Source: Selaginella moellendorffii (lineage: Eukaryota; Plantae; Lycopodiophyta). From it: 64,000 bases of DNA. The stretch spans positions 1,442,776 through 1,506,775 of the forward strand of contig NW_003314306.1 of NCBI RefSeq assembly GCF_000143415.4, read 5' to 3'. Shown here piece after piece: positions 1-12,372 of this stretch (the stretch's first letter is position 1; every line of letters starts with the position of its first letter). A program made the translations under genes and the position numbers. Under the pieces are notes generated by a model. The model did not search any database. It was not told the DNA's origin and saw only the letters and a program-made list of their open reading frames with translations.

Positions 1-394
1 TCCAAGATCGCTGTTCTTGAGCGTTTCCTCGGCAATCTCTTAAGGAATCGCGAAAATCTTCTCTCTTTCTCCCAATTCTCGCGTGATTCTACGTTCTTCG
101 CTGGCTGGCTGACACACGAAGCAATGAGGATCTTGGTCTGGTTTCGTGGCTCTTCTTCCAAATTAAAGCTGTCAGTAGCGATCTCCTTGCGCTGGAATTG
201 GATTTGTTTGCGAGCAATTCATAGCTTGGATTTCTTGTCCCATCCATTGCTGTCCTTGGCTTCTTCCTTCTCTTTCTTTCTCTCTTTTTGTTTATATCAT
301 TCCTTTGTTCTTGAGAACTACTATGTAGATTCTAGAATGGAAGAAAAGTCTCTAACTCGATCGATCCATCGCTTCCAGGCCGTGGGCGGGCTAC

Positions 395-2684
395 ATGAAG
401 CAGCTGAGATTGAAAGCCCAGAGCCGGCTCTTCGGCAAGATCGATCCCGCCAGCTCCGCGGATTTCTCCTACGTCGATCCTCCTCCACCACCTCCAAACT
501 TCGCGGCCGCCAGCTCCTCCGCGAACTACAACTCCTCGACGCTCTCGGCGGTGCTGGAGAGCGATCGCCATGAGAGAAAAGAGGAGGAAGAACAGGGAGA
601 AGGAGAGATCCATCGCCAGAATCAAAGCCACCAGCGGCACGAGAGTATGTGCAACTTGCTCGACTACGAAGAACACATCATGCGGCGGAGAGATCAAATG
701 GATCTCCGGCAAGAGATCGAGCTCAAAGATGGCGACCAAGATCAGCTTCCGGTCATCGCTCTCATGCTCACCACCCTCCGCCGCTCGCTTCTCACTTGCG
801 CCACCATTGACGATCACGAAGGTGGCGGCTCCGGCAATGGAATGGACATAAGCTGGCCGACCAACGTGAGGCATGTCACGCACGTCACCTTTGATCGATT
901 CAATGGTTTTCTCGGACTTCCCGTGGAGTTCGAGGTGGAAATCCCGAGACGAGCTCCCAGCGCCAGGTACGTACCTTTGATCTTCTTTCCTTTGGTCTTT
1001 TCTCTAGTTTTTTTTTTCTTGCTTGGTTTGTACTCCCGTTTGTTTGGTTGTTTGGTTTTTGACTATACAGTACTCCTTGTTCTTGGTGTTGTTGTTCTTC
1101 GTGGTTTTCGAAGTTTGCCATTTGTTTATGCTTTTCTAGTTTTGGTGGTGGTTCTCTATAGATGTGGAAATGTACTAAGTTCGCGTTTGTTGTTTTACCT
1201 GGCAGTGCGAATGTTTTCGGTGTTTCTCCCGAGTCCATGCAGTGCTCGTACGATTCCAGGGGCAATAGTGTACCGACCATTCTGCTCCGGATGCAAGATC
1301 GGCTTTACAGTCTCGGTGGACTCAAGGTGAGACCTGAGCTTTTATGGATTCCTTCCATCGCTTTCAGGTGTTGGAAGTACTCGAGAATTAGTCCGAGTAG
1401 CCGCAATATTTTATTGCTTTTTCTTTTCTCCTCGTCTTTGTTGCTTACTTTTGCTCTTCGTTTCTGTTATTCCAGGCCGAAGGCATCTTCCGCATAAATG
1501 CTGAGAACAGCCATGAAGAGCATGTGCGTGAGCAACTCAACAAGGGCATCGTACCATTTCATATTGATCTCCACTGCCTAGCTGGTCTCATCAAGGTACA
1601 TATCAAAGTTCTCCTTCCTTGTATTCTCTAGCTTGTCTGATCGACGGATCCACTGGTGCTAAACAGGCTTGGTTCCGAGAGCTTCCAACTGGCGTTCTCG
1701 ACACACTCTCGCCGGAGCAAGTGATGCAGTGCCACACCGAGGAGCAGTGCGTTGCGGTGATCAAGCTGCTCCCACCCATGCAAGCAGCGCTTCTCGACTG
1801 GGCCATCAATCTCATGGCCGACGTCGCGCAGGAGGAGGCTTTCAACAAGATGAACGCTCGCAACGTTGGAATGGTCTTCGCACCAAACATGACACAGGCA
1901 AGCTTTTTTCTACTTTTAATTTCTCGCGAGCCGTCTTCTTCTTTTTATCTTTTTCTCGCCGAGCACACAGTCAAGTCTTCCCTGGAAATGCTTTGTTTTT
2001 TATCCTTTGTTCCGGACAGCATTTGGATTTGTTTGGTCGTCGCGAGTCTTTGTTTTCTCGTCTCGGTTTTTTTTTTTTCCTTTCTTGTCGCTCCTTTTTT
2101 TCGTTCTTTGAGCTCTCGCAGAGCTCTCCAGAGCTTCGCTTTAGTCCGTTCAGGCATTTCAAACGACTGATTGATATGCGGGACTTTGAAAATTCCCGTT
2201 TGTCCCTGGCGTGGCTTCGATTCGTGAGCTTTTGGGTGTCTTCCCAAGTAGATTTGCAAGTGCTAGAATTTCTGTTCCTTCGCTTCTCACTGTCTCATCT
2301 CTTTAATTTTTATTCTGCTCCGTTCAGATGGCAGATCCGTTGACAGCGCTCATGCACGCCGTCCAAGTGATGAATCTCCTCAAAACGTTGATCCTCCGGA
2401 CGATTCGAGACAGGCAAGAGGTTCTGCTGGAATCGGGGCCTCCTCTCTCGCTCCAGCCGCCCCCTCGCCGAGACGCCACCAGCGAGTCGAGGGTGGTGGC
2501 GAGCTTGAATCCCGCGAACTCCAACTTAAACTCGAGCTCAAACGCCAGGGGCCGCGAAGATCACTACGATGACTACTCCCACTGCGCGAGGTCCCACTCC
2601 AAGCAGTCCAGCATCTCCAAAGCTCGCGGAGGTAGCCTCGTCAATAGAATCGATCAACACGTCGAGAGAGTCGAGGCCTGGTAA
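395..2684 (+). CDS. RopGAP: Rop GTPase-activating protein (CRIB + RhoGAP), 5 exons: 395-966, 1206-1326, 1476-1595, 1667-1897, 2328-2684
   Basis: CRIB motif ISWPTNVRHVTHVTFDRFNGFLGLP; RhoGAP motifs AEGIFRINAEN (Arg finger), WFRELP, NKMNARNVGMVFAPNMTQMADPLTALMHAVQVMN. Exons join in frame at GT/GC-AG sites. The start could also be the in-frame ATG at 647. Confidence 0.93.
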
Positions 2685-3061
2685 GAACAAACAGCAAACG
2701 AATGAACGCTACAAAGGAAGAGCCGAACGAACCTTCTCTTCCGGACGAATAAAAGCTCCCACCATTCGTGGGAAGCACCATACAGGTTTTTCATTTTTTT
2801 CTCCTTCTTCGTTTTTTGGCACCTAGCACTGCAAAAGAAAAAATAAGTAAAAAAGATTGTCGTTTTTGACAGGATCAACAAAAAGCTTACTTGTTTAACA
2901 GTAGAAAAGAGTTCTTGACGAAACCAGCAGCTAACTTCACGCTGAAGTGACAGCTCGTTTCACCGCAAGGAACGTTCGGAACATTCCCTGGCCGCTTCCA
3001 CAGATTTCCATGCACGAACATAAAACCATGTCCTGGAGCAAACGAGCTCCAAGGAAGAAGA

Positions 3062-5362
3062 ATGTCGTCGTTGGGTTTGATCTTCTCGAGAGATGTCGAG
3101 GCTGGCAGAGCGATGGTTTTCCACGAGCAAGGAGCGACGAGCATAGAGATGGAGTCCCCGTTCTCGCCCGCTGGAGCAGCGCCTTCCTCCGGCAGCCTGC
3201 GAGAAAAGAGTGTGAGAAAGCCATCGCCACCACCACCGGAGCACGAACTCATACTTGTAGCTTTGAGGCTCTCGGTGCTGGAGAAGGCCGCGAGTGGGCT
3301 GGGAGTCGTGGCATTCGTCTGGGCGACGGTGGTTTTGCTTGGGGGATTCGTCACCAGCCTGGAGGCCAGGGATTTCTGGATCATCTCCGTGCTGCTGCTC
3401 ACCGAGGGGACGCGAGTTTTCAGCCGGAGCCACGAGCTGGAGTGGCAGCAAGCTGCACCGAGGATTTCCATTAGAACACGAGCAAAGTCGATCATAAACC
3501 ATACCCGGTCAACCATCTTTGGAAGTTCCTCGCAGCCGGATCTAGTCCCTGCTCACAAGCCCGAGACAAAGTTGTCAGATAAGAATTCGAGCGATCAAGG
3601 CGCAAGCTTTTTCACTGCCAACCGAATCAGTGCTCTCCTTTACGTCATGCAACTCGCGTCGGCTCTCGTCTGCGTTGGGTTGTCGGTCACTCGACTTTCC
3701 ACTGCAGAGCTCAGCGGAATTTCCACCAAGAACAAGAACCAAGACTACGCTCTCGGTATTTTCTACTCGCTCGTCCTTGCCGAGGCCTTGATCTTTCTAG
3801 CGGAGAGAGCTTACTGGGAGTTTCAAGTTGGCTACAAAGGACTGGTTTCTAGGGTGACTCGGGAGTGCCGGCTCGGGACGGATCAAATCGACAACGTCAA
3901 GCGCTTTTACTATGAAGTATACTCGGACTGTCTCAAAGGCAGTGTTTTCGATGGACTCGGCATGGATCTTGTGGCCTATGGAATGGATGATCTCCAGGAG
4001 AACAACGCAAGGGAGCAACTCGGGGGCGCTTGTATCCTGCTAGCGTTTCTAGAACGGGAGGACCTTGCAGAGGAGACGATGAGGAGAATCGGAACGAAAC
4101 CGGGAGTTATAGAGCGGCTGATAGAAATGCTTACTTGGAAAGAGAAGTACGAGGAAGATATCCAACGAGTGGCTGCACAGATTGTTTGCCAAGTTGCCTG
4201 CCAGAAGAGCGTCTCGTTTAGAATCATCGCCATCGCTGGAGCTTTGGAGAACATTGCCTCCCTTCTTCATGACCGCCAGCTTCGCCTGGTTGGTCTGCGA
4301 ATCCTGAAGAGAATAGCCACGGATCAGCAAAACTGCATCAAGATTGGAAACACTGGCGGCATGTTACCGATTCTCGTGACTCTGATCGAGATCAAGGACG
4401 GGTTCGAGCTGAAAAAAAAGGGAAGAGATGAGCTTAAGGTGCTGAAGAAATCGCTCCAGATTCTAAAACGCATGGCGACAACAACAGGCTACCAAGGGAA
4501 GCTCTTGCGAGAAGACATTGCAAAGGTGGTGTTCACGATCAGGCACCTAAGAAACATCCTCGAGCACGCACAAAACCATCCAGTTCTACAAGAACTCGCT
4601 CTCGACATCCTCACGAACCTGGCTCTGGACGACTGCGCGAGAGAAAACATCGGCAGCACGGGTGGGATCATCCGGAACATCCTCCAGATCTTTCTACAAG
4701 GCACGGAACAAGCGACTGCAAACAGCAAGCTACGTTTGTGCCAGAAAGCTGGCGAAGCACTCAACGTCTTGGCGCTGAGAAGCCCGGGAAACTGTCGGAG
4801 AATGTGTAGAGGCGACGAGAAAACTCTGGACCAGATAATCGCCAAGCTCGCGGACAATCCAAAGCTCGCGACTCGCGCGGCGAAGATCCTTCGCAACCTC
4901 TGTGCGTTTTTGAGCCAGGAGGAAGCGCGTAGAGTGGCGACCTCCACGCCAAAACTTCTAGAGTTTATCCTTGTCGCGGAAGGAAAAGAGCTAGAAGCGG
5001 CTCTAGGACTAGCAGCAGCCACAGTTCCACACTCAAACAAATCCTCTCTAGACAAACACATCGACTCGAGAGCTCTAGCGCACAAAATCGCGGGGATTCT
5101 ACGCCGACCACCGCCCTCCCACAAGCTCTTGCGGCTCAGGCGCTACGCTGTGGAGCTGCTCACGGTTCTCGCCAAAAGCAGCGAGAGATTCAAGCGAGAG
5201 ATCCAAGAAGCGGGCATTGCAATGCATCTAAGACAAATGCTGGACACGATCTCGGACGTGGAGAATTTCTACACCTTCTCGGGGGAATTCGGACTCACCA
5301 GGCATGTCAAGACGATGGAATGTCTTCTCGCGCTCGCGCAGCGGGCGCTCGAAGAACCCTAA
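3062..5362 (+). CDS. Intronless plant ARM-repeat superfamily protein with N-terminal transmembrane helices (766 aa)
   Basis: Long uninterrupted ORF. LEKAASGLGVVAFVWATVVLLGGF...DFWIISVLLLTEGTRVFSRSHELEWQ is typical of this land-plant family, followed by helical ARM-like repeats. Confidence 0.85.
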   Translation: MSSLGLIFSRDVEAGRAMVFHEQGATSIEMESPFSPAGAAPSSGSLREKSVRKPSPPPPEHELILVALRLSVLEKAASGLGVVAFVWATVVLLGGFVTSLEARDFWIISVLLLTEGTRVFSRSHELEWQQAAPRISIRTRAKSIINHTRSTIFGSSSQPDLVPAHKPETKLSDKNSSDQGASFFTANRISALLYVMQLASALVCVGLSVTRLSTAELSGISTKNKNQDYALGIFYSLVLAEALIFLAERAYWEFQVGYKGLVSRVTRECRLGTDQIDNVKRFYYEVYSDCLKGSVFDGLGMDLVAYGMDDLQENNAREQLGGACILLAFLEREDLAEETMRRIGTKPGVIERLIEMLTWKEKYEEDIQRVAAQIVCQVACQKSVSFRIIAIAGALENIASLLHDRQLRLVGLRILKRIATDQQNCIKIGNTGGMLPILVTLIEIKDGFELKKKGRDELKVLKKSLQILKRMATTTGYQGKLLREDIAKVVFTIRHLRNILEHAQNHPVLQELALDILTNLALDDCARENIGSTGGIIRNILQIFLQGTEQATANSKLRLCQKAGEALNVLALRSPGNCRRMCRGDEKTLDQIIAKLADNPKLATRAAKILRNLCAFLSQEEARRVATSTPKLLEFILVAEGKELEAALGLAAATVPHSNKSSLDKHIDSRALAHKIAGILRRPPPSHKLLRLRRYAVELLTVLAKSSERFKREIQEAGIAMHLRQMLDTISDVENFYTFSGEFGLTRHVKTMECLLALAQRALEEP

Positions 5363-5908
5363 AATATGGCGCCCTAAGAATATTCCAAACACTCTTGGAG
5401 CGGTTGCGATTTTACCCAGTTCTTTTGAATGGTATAGATTTGTCTTATCTGGTTTCTTTTTCCTTTCATCATAAAGAACTGTTAGAAAATAGAATATGTC
5501 AGGACCATTATCCCAGCATATACCCATGTGGACCCTTTGTTTGCAACTGCCTTGCAAATTGATGCTTGTGCCAACAAGTACAGCAAATAAGAAATTCAAT
5601 TATAGAGCCACTCCAAATTTCAAAAAGAAAGGTGTGGTCCAAAGGGTCAGAGAATAATATCGAGCAAGGAACATTCCCTTGCGAATATACTAGCATCTGG
5701 TGGTGGAATATGCCTGCTCCGGCCTTTTATACTGGTCCGAACGCTCAGAAATAATTTGTAGGGTTTTACAGTTCTTTCTTTTGTGCCGCGATTCGATCGA
5801 TCGTCACGACTGGGCGCATTGTGATTGTGATCGATTCTTCAGCAGGGATTTCGGGAGCGCGCGGTCGCGGCGGCATTGATTTCTCCTTGCTCTGCCGCGA
5901 GCCGAGCT

Positions 5909-8900
5909 ATGATCGTCCTGATATGGCTCCTGCTGTGCATCACCGCCGGGGCCGTGTGCGTGATGGAAAAGCTCCAGGAATCGAGCAAGACGCGGTGCTG
6001 GAAGGAGGATCTTCGATGCCTGGCCACAATGTGGTTTGGGAGGATCAAGGGGGAATCGCACAAGCAGCGCCTCGATTCCTTCTACAGCTCCCAGGCCAAT
6101 GCATGTAAGTTCCAGTCCCTCCCTTTTCCCCCAAAATCTTCCGATATTTCCATCCTCGGCCGAAATTTCTCACGATTCCCTCCTCCAGATGATCACTTCC
6201 GCGCGGGATTCCTCCACGGCCGCGAGCAGATGCTGGCTTCTTGCGCGGCGCGCCTCCGCGGATCATCCGACCTCGTCTGGGTTGACTTGGGCGGCGGCAC
6301 TGCTGAGAACGTCAAGATGATGTCCAAGTACATGGACCTGAGCTCGTTCCGGAAGATCTACGTCGTGGATCTTTGCTCGGCGCTGTGCAACGTGGCGGCG
6401 GCAAAGTCCAAAAGATTTGGTTGGAGTAACGTCGACGTGATTGAGGGCGACGCATGCGAGTTCCAGCCCCGAGGCCAGGCCGCGACACTTGTGACCTTCT
6501 CCTATTCATTGTCAAGTAAGTGAAGTGTTTGTACGAGAACTTCTTTTCTCCTTTGTCTCTTCGCTGCGTTTGCTTTCGTTGCTTGTTACATCGACAGTTG
6601 GTCTTTTCTGTGCGTGTGTTTCATTGATCAACAGTTTTTTCGCATTGCTGGACTTTTTATATTGTTTCCTTTGGCAGTTTCGATGTGTAACTGTCGCAGC
6701 TCGTTTATAATCGATTGGACTGTTTATTCTTTTGCAGTGATCCCACCATTCATGAAAGTGGTGGACAAGGCGTTGACTTATCTCGCGGATGACGGGATCA
6801 TGGGTGTGACAGATTTTTACACCTCCGCCAAGTATGATAAGCCCAACCGTCAGCATTCGTGGCTTAACCGCTGGTTTTGGAGATCCGTGTTTGACTTGGA
6901 TGGCATTGACTTGGGGCCGGAGCGCAGAACCTACCTGGAACACAAGCTCGAACCAGGTGTGGTATGTCGTGGTTTGTGCTTTCATTTTCTAAAGCTTAAT
7001 GCACTGGCTTTGTTTTAGTTTGTGAGTTTAATGGCAGTGGGAGAATTCCTTATGTCCCAGTGTTGGAGGCTCCCTACTACATCTGGATTGGTCGAAAAAT
7101 CGGACGCCATGGTAAAGGGGGGCTCGTACTAGTGTTGATTGTCGGCAGCTTAGCTTTTCATTCATTATCTTTTCAGATCAAAACTTGCAGCGGTTTCCGA
7201 TAAGGGCCTCGGATGATTTGGAAGCCAAACGTCCAAGCTCGTTCCCTCCAACATTTCTGTACTCCTTGTCGTGGGAAGATCCTCGTGAAGATGAGAAGGT
7301 TTTGGACATTAATCCATCAGACGTTGTCTTGACACTTACTTCTGGAGGGTGCAATGCTCTGGATTTAGTCCTTCAAGTAAGTCATTTCTCTTCCCTCTGA
7401 AGTTTATAATCTCAACACCACCACATTTTGTCAGGGTGCGAAACAAGTGGTTGCTGTTGATATGAATCCTGCTCAAAGCTACCTTCTTGAACTTAAGCGT
7501 CTGGCAACAACGAGGTAAAGCCTCTTGAAAATTCTTGATTTCCTCACATCTGAACTGTGCAGGCTTTCTTTTGAGGATGCCTGGAAAATGTTTGGAGAGG
7601 GCGTACATCCAACCTTCGAAAGTTTGCTGGAAAAGGAACTCGTTCCCTTTCTTAGCCAGGGGGCTGTGAATTTCTGGTAAGTAGCAAATTTTCTTATATC
7701 TCCGTGTGAAGAGCTGTGTTTATTTATTCCAGGAGAAAAAAAGCCAGGTACTTCAAGGATGGATTGTACTACCACGGTAACATGGAACTTACTCTATGCT
7801 ATGATGCCTCTAATCTACAAAGTTATGCAGGTGGTATGGGTCGACTCATTCGAGCAGTAAGGGCGCTTGCAAGGCTTACACGAAAGGTTCTTCCAGCCAA
7901 AATTTTGAGCAAGGTTATCTGAATCTGTTGTTTTTCTTCACAGGAGCGCTTCATCGAGTCTCTTGTTAATGCGCCCACGCTACAACAACAAAGAGAGCTC
8001 TGGTATAATGCATCCGCATGCACCAAAAGTAACTGTCTCACTTTGATTGCCTGAGCAGGTTCGCTTGTGTAGGAAACTGGCTATCACAAGCTGGGATTTT
8101 TGCGAAGATGGTATCTTTCTTCGTGACCAACAGATTCACGATGTGGTTTTGTGCTGGAGTGTGCAAAGGCCAGCTTCGTCTGCTACGCAAGGAGGGCAAC
8201 TTATACAAGTAAGACATCGTTCTCAGGCGTGATTCTCATTGAACCACTTGTCCTTTGTTTTCACAGCTACATTGTCCGCTGTCTAAATTCAACAGCTGCG
8301 TATTCACATCTCCGGGACAGCAACTACTTTTACCGCTGCTGCCTGACTGGGAAGTTTTCATCCAACTGCTGTCCTCGTTTCCTGGAAAAGGAAAACTTCC
8401 ACAAACTCAAGGTACTACACACGAACGACTTGCCATGGATTTCAAGACTTTTGAGCTGTGTTGCAGACAAGCCTTGCTGCGGAGGAGTGCCTGTTGATCC
8501 GGACAGCCACATTTGTGGAGGAGCTTTCGAAGCGAATGTACACCAAGGTACGGACCTGGAACTTCTTGTTTGGTGAAATGCTGTGTATTGCTTGGTGCTC
8601 AGGTGATTTTGATGGACCACGTCGACTGGCTAGAACAAAGCGACGTCGATGTCCTTTGCAAAGCGCTGCAAGCACATGTAATTGTAAGTAGTTGCGAATT
8701 TCCACACCCTCGATCACCTCACACTTGTGATTTCCACTTGGTTTTTAGCCTGGAGGCCGCGTGATCTGGCGCAGTGCGTCGCGATCTCCAAGCTACGCCA
8801 ATTGCATCGAGAAATCTGGATTCAAAGGTTCGAAGTTCTTTCCTTTTTGGAACTGTTTTTGGAAGCTAAAAACCAACTGTTTCTGCGCAGTGATCCAAGT

Positions 8901-9093
8901 AGCAACGAGCAAGGCTTACATGGACAGAGTAAACATGTACGCGAGCTTCTTCGTGGCTGTTCGCGTGGGTGGATTGGCATCCATCAAAATTCCAATCCAT
9001 CCATCATCGAGGCTTCACGATCACAAGCTGGATCCTAAAGAACCCGAGTCGCCGGACTCGGTGCTACCAGCGCCATTGTGGATCGAGATTTGA
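5909..9093 (+). CDS. BTA1: Betaine lipid (DGTS) synthase, BtaB methyltransferase + BtaA (DUF3419) fusion, ~16 exons
   Basis: RLDSFYSSQA.YD.FR..FLHGRE, SAM motif WVDLGGGTAEN, TFSYSLSMIPPF; then FLYSLSWEDP, VLTLTSGGCN, VDMNPAQSYLLELK, NYFY..CLTG, ILMDHVDWL, VIWRSAS, YMDRVNMYASF. GT-AG introns, mostly 50-85 nt, keep the frame; stop TGA at 9091-9093. Confidence 0.9.
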
Positions 9094-9699
9094 TCGATCA
9101 TTCCTTCCTCTTCTCCACTGACGTCTATCGATTCTTTATATATAATTGGAACATAACCATTGTTAATCAGCCCAAGGAATATATTTGGCCCAAACCATAT
9201 AAATTGACTATCCATGATGGGATCTGCACAGCAAACTCCCGAAGCAGAGGTTATGTAGAATTTGCTGCATTGTGTTAAACATGCTGTTTGAGCATATAAA
9301 AAAAAATGGTGGTGATACTCCTTTCATGGCGAAAAACTGCAGCCACCTTTGCAGGACTAGGACTGCTTGCCATGATCAATTCTTGTGGTGGTCTGTTTTG
9401 CCACCTTTGCAGGACTAATTCAGGTGCAAGCTGATTTGACTAAAATAATATGAACCCCCTACCAGGTATTTTGCCATGAAAGCCAAAAGTGCTGAGCAAC
9501 ACTAGACCTGGCAGCAGCAACAAGAATAAGAAGTATGGAAGTATAGAATTAAAAGTATAGAAGAATAAGTAAGAATATTGGCTGAATTAGCCTTCTTAAC
9601 ATCAATCTTTAAGATTTAGACGATGGATTGATCCACAACATCACCAGAATGTAAATATGTTTTAAACTTGCTTATATGGAACATTAGATGAATTTTTGA

Positions 9700-10030
9700 A
9701 TTAATTAGCAAGTCCAAAATGCAAACAAAATCCCCCACACTATGAAATTGTCTAAGGCCTATAACATTGTGAAGACAATGTAGCACCACCACCTCTTTTC
9801 AAAGACCATTTTGCATATAACAACTTAAGGAAAACTTTATCACCAACTTTGTACTCTTGATGATGATAATGTTCATTAGCTAATCTTTTATCTTGTTCTT
9901 GAGTTTGTTTCATGTTTAACTTTGTCAACTCAAATTTATCTTGTATATCCTCCAAGAAATAAAAAATATAAAGCATCCAAACCAAAGGTAAACTTAAACT
10001 CATGGAATACTTAAGAAGCTCATAGCCATA
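9700..10030 (-). mobile_element. Degenerate Ty3/gypsy integrase C-terminal tail
   Basis: KQTQEQDKRLAN...EYKVGDKVFLK...LSSQCYRP resembles the (Y/F)xVGDxVxL...LxPRYxGP tail; duplicated near 58790-59110. Confidence 0.55.
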
Positions 10031-10119
10031 TATTAGCTTATTAATGAGCATTATTATGAGCAAATTAAAGTGTGTTTACACTCTGGTGATGTCATGTCAT
10101 GATGGAGCTATGATTTGGC

Positions 10120-10765
10120 TTCACCTAATTGCTTTCCAGCCTCCACCTATGTATCTGGCATTGCAATTGAAAATTAAACCAGAAGTTTCTTCGTCTTAGC
10201 ACCAAGGAAACAAAAGTTGGGTTCAAAACCATAAATTGTTTATTGTGCACTGTCTTCTTGCCAAAGCTTCGTCATCCTGCCAGTAAGACTTATGCAGCTC
10301 ACTAGCTCTTTGGTTCTTGGACACTGATGAGGACTGTCACCACTTTGATTTGGATTGCTATGACTTGCACGTTATTGTTGGCTTTGTACATGATTACAAC
10401 GCAGCTGCTCAACTCCCCCTGCTTAACCAGCATTTAAACTGTTAATAGAGACCGCAGCGGATTCATCCAGACCGCTGCATGCCTCGTCAACCTGTGCCTC
10501 CCCCAGCCCAGCAATCGTCAGAGATAATCCCGGGGAGGAATGCGGCATAGGTAGTAGTCACCCTTGTACAAGCTCCAACAAGCTGCAGGAGGACGAGCTT
10601 CACTATGAATTCCCCCCTATGCCCAGCATCCACATAGCCATTGTAGCAGCCCTTCAGGAACAGCTCTAGAGCAACTTCTAGAGGTTCGGCCACAAGAACA
10701 CTCATGTGAGAAGCGACAAGAAGTGGCTTTGAGCACTCCGCGGGCATATCTCCAGGCCCGCTGAT
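10120..10765 (-). pseudogene. Internally deleted relic of the NTPase-nuclease gene (41.5-44.3 kb)
   Basis: Near-verbatim blocks of 41760-42710 (e.g. CYNGYVDAGHRGEFIVKL, LLVASHMS) separated by many deletions and frameshifts. Confidence 0.85.
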
Positions 10766-10786
10766 GCAAGTGATAATACTCTGGAT

Positions 10787-10912
10787 GGGTACGTACCTTG
10801 AACATCTTGTTTGAACGTACCTTTGAAATGCTGTGTATTGCTTGGTGCTCAGGTGATTTTGATAGACCACGTCGATGTCCTTTGCAAAGCGTGATCGTAA
10901 GTAGCTGCGAAT
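10787..10912 (+). pseudogene. Short BTA1 intron/exon fragment (copy of ~8547-8700)
   Basis: gaaatgctgtgtattgcttggtgctcaggtgattttgat..accacgtcga..tgtcctttgcaaagcg matches the BTA1 locus, with an internal deletion. Confidence 0.8.
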
Positions 10913-11049
10913 TTGTACACTCGAGAGTCTCGAACACCCTCACACTCACATGGGCCATTTTTTAGCAAAACTACTTATGCTAAGTCGAATTTTCGAGACA
11001 AGAATTGCAGTTGCAGAATTTTCGAGTTAGTTTCGGGCGCGGTTGCAGG

Positions 11050-12372
11050 GTCATGCCATGGCCGATCTTTCACGATTGCCATGCCCTCCCTCCTCCCAGG
11101 ATCTTGAGGATGACCCAGCTGGTGCTGCTCTGTTTTCTTGCGACACCACGATCGCTTTGCGGCCGACGCTATTCCTGAATGGTATCAAGGCATAGCAGAT
11201 TATCTGGCTACCGGCGAGTTCCCTGCTGACTTTACTGCCACCGAACGCAAGCGACTTATTATCCAGGCTCGTCCATACTCTCTCCTGCATGGCCAGCTCT
11301 ACATCCTCGCGTGACGACGTTCTACGCCGCTGTATCCTTCCTCACAATGTCATCACTTCATGCCATAATTCACCTTAAGGCCACTTTTCATCTGAGGCAA
11401 CAATTCGTTTGGTTCTTCAAGCTGGCTATTGGTGGCCAACGCTTCACAAGGATGTTGCTACCTATGTTCAGACCTGTGATCCCTGCCAGGGTGCTGGTCG
11501 CCCAACTCACCGCGATCTGATGCCGCTTAATCCTCTGCTTCTGGTGCTTCCTTTTGAGAAGTGGGGCATCGATTTTGTGGGACCGATCAAGCCGGCCAGT
11601 CATCCTTCCTGTTGTCGCTACATTCTCGTTTGCATGGACTACGTCACAAAGTGGGCCGAGGCTGAAGCTCTCACGGAAGATACAGCCAAGGTTGCGACTT
11701 TTCTTTACAAGAACATCATCATGAGATTTGGCTGCCCTTTGGAGCTGGTGAGTGACCGAGATACTCACTTCATCAATCAAGTGATCGAGACCTTGGTGGA
11801 GAAGTATGGCATCGCTCATCGCTACCACCCTCGTGCTTGGTGCGCACCAACAAGATATGTGTGACATCACCATGAAGCTCGCAAGTGCTTCTCGCACAGA
11901 TTGGGATCACCGTTTGCTCGATGCACTCTGGGCATACCACGTTGCTTACAAGGTCACCACCAAAGCTTCACCGTTCCATCTTGTTTATGGACAAGAAGCC
12001 ATCCTGCCGCTTGAGCTCGAGATTCCCTCTCTCCGTATGGCTGTCTTGGACAACTTGGACTGGGACAACACACTTCAAGCTCGACTGGACATGCTTCTAC
12101 ACCTCGACGAGCGTCGACTTCTCGCTTTCCAAGCTCGCGAAGCATGCCGCAATGGTATGATCGTCATTTGCGTGCTAAACATTTTTCTGCTGGTGGTTCT
12201 GCTGTATGATAGCAAGCACTGAAAAAAGCATGGGAAACTACGTGTTCACTGGCTTGGGCCATATTGCATTGTTGAAGTTTTTTCTAACGGCTCAGTCCAG
12301 CTTGAAGATTTCAGTGGGAACTTCTTACCAACTCGTGTCAATGGTGCTCGCTTGTGCAAGTACCATGAGTGA
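11050..12372 (+). mobile_element. Ty3/gypsy integrase remnant (frameshifted)
   Basis: VLQAGYWWPTLHKDV..YVQTCDPCQ (zinc-finger cysteines), PFEKWGIDFVGP, DYVTKWAEA, RFGCPLELVSDR, SPFHLVYGQEAILPLELE, WLGPY; several frameshifts. Confidence 0.9.

Noticed and set aside
124-5124. Antisense and alternative-frame ORFs over RopGAP and the ARM gene
   Set aside because: Shadows of GC-rich coding sequence.
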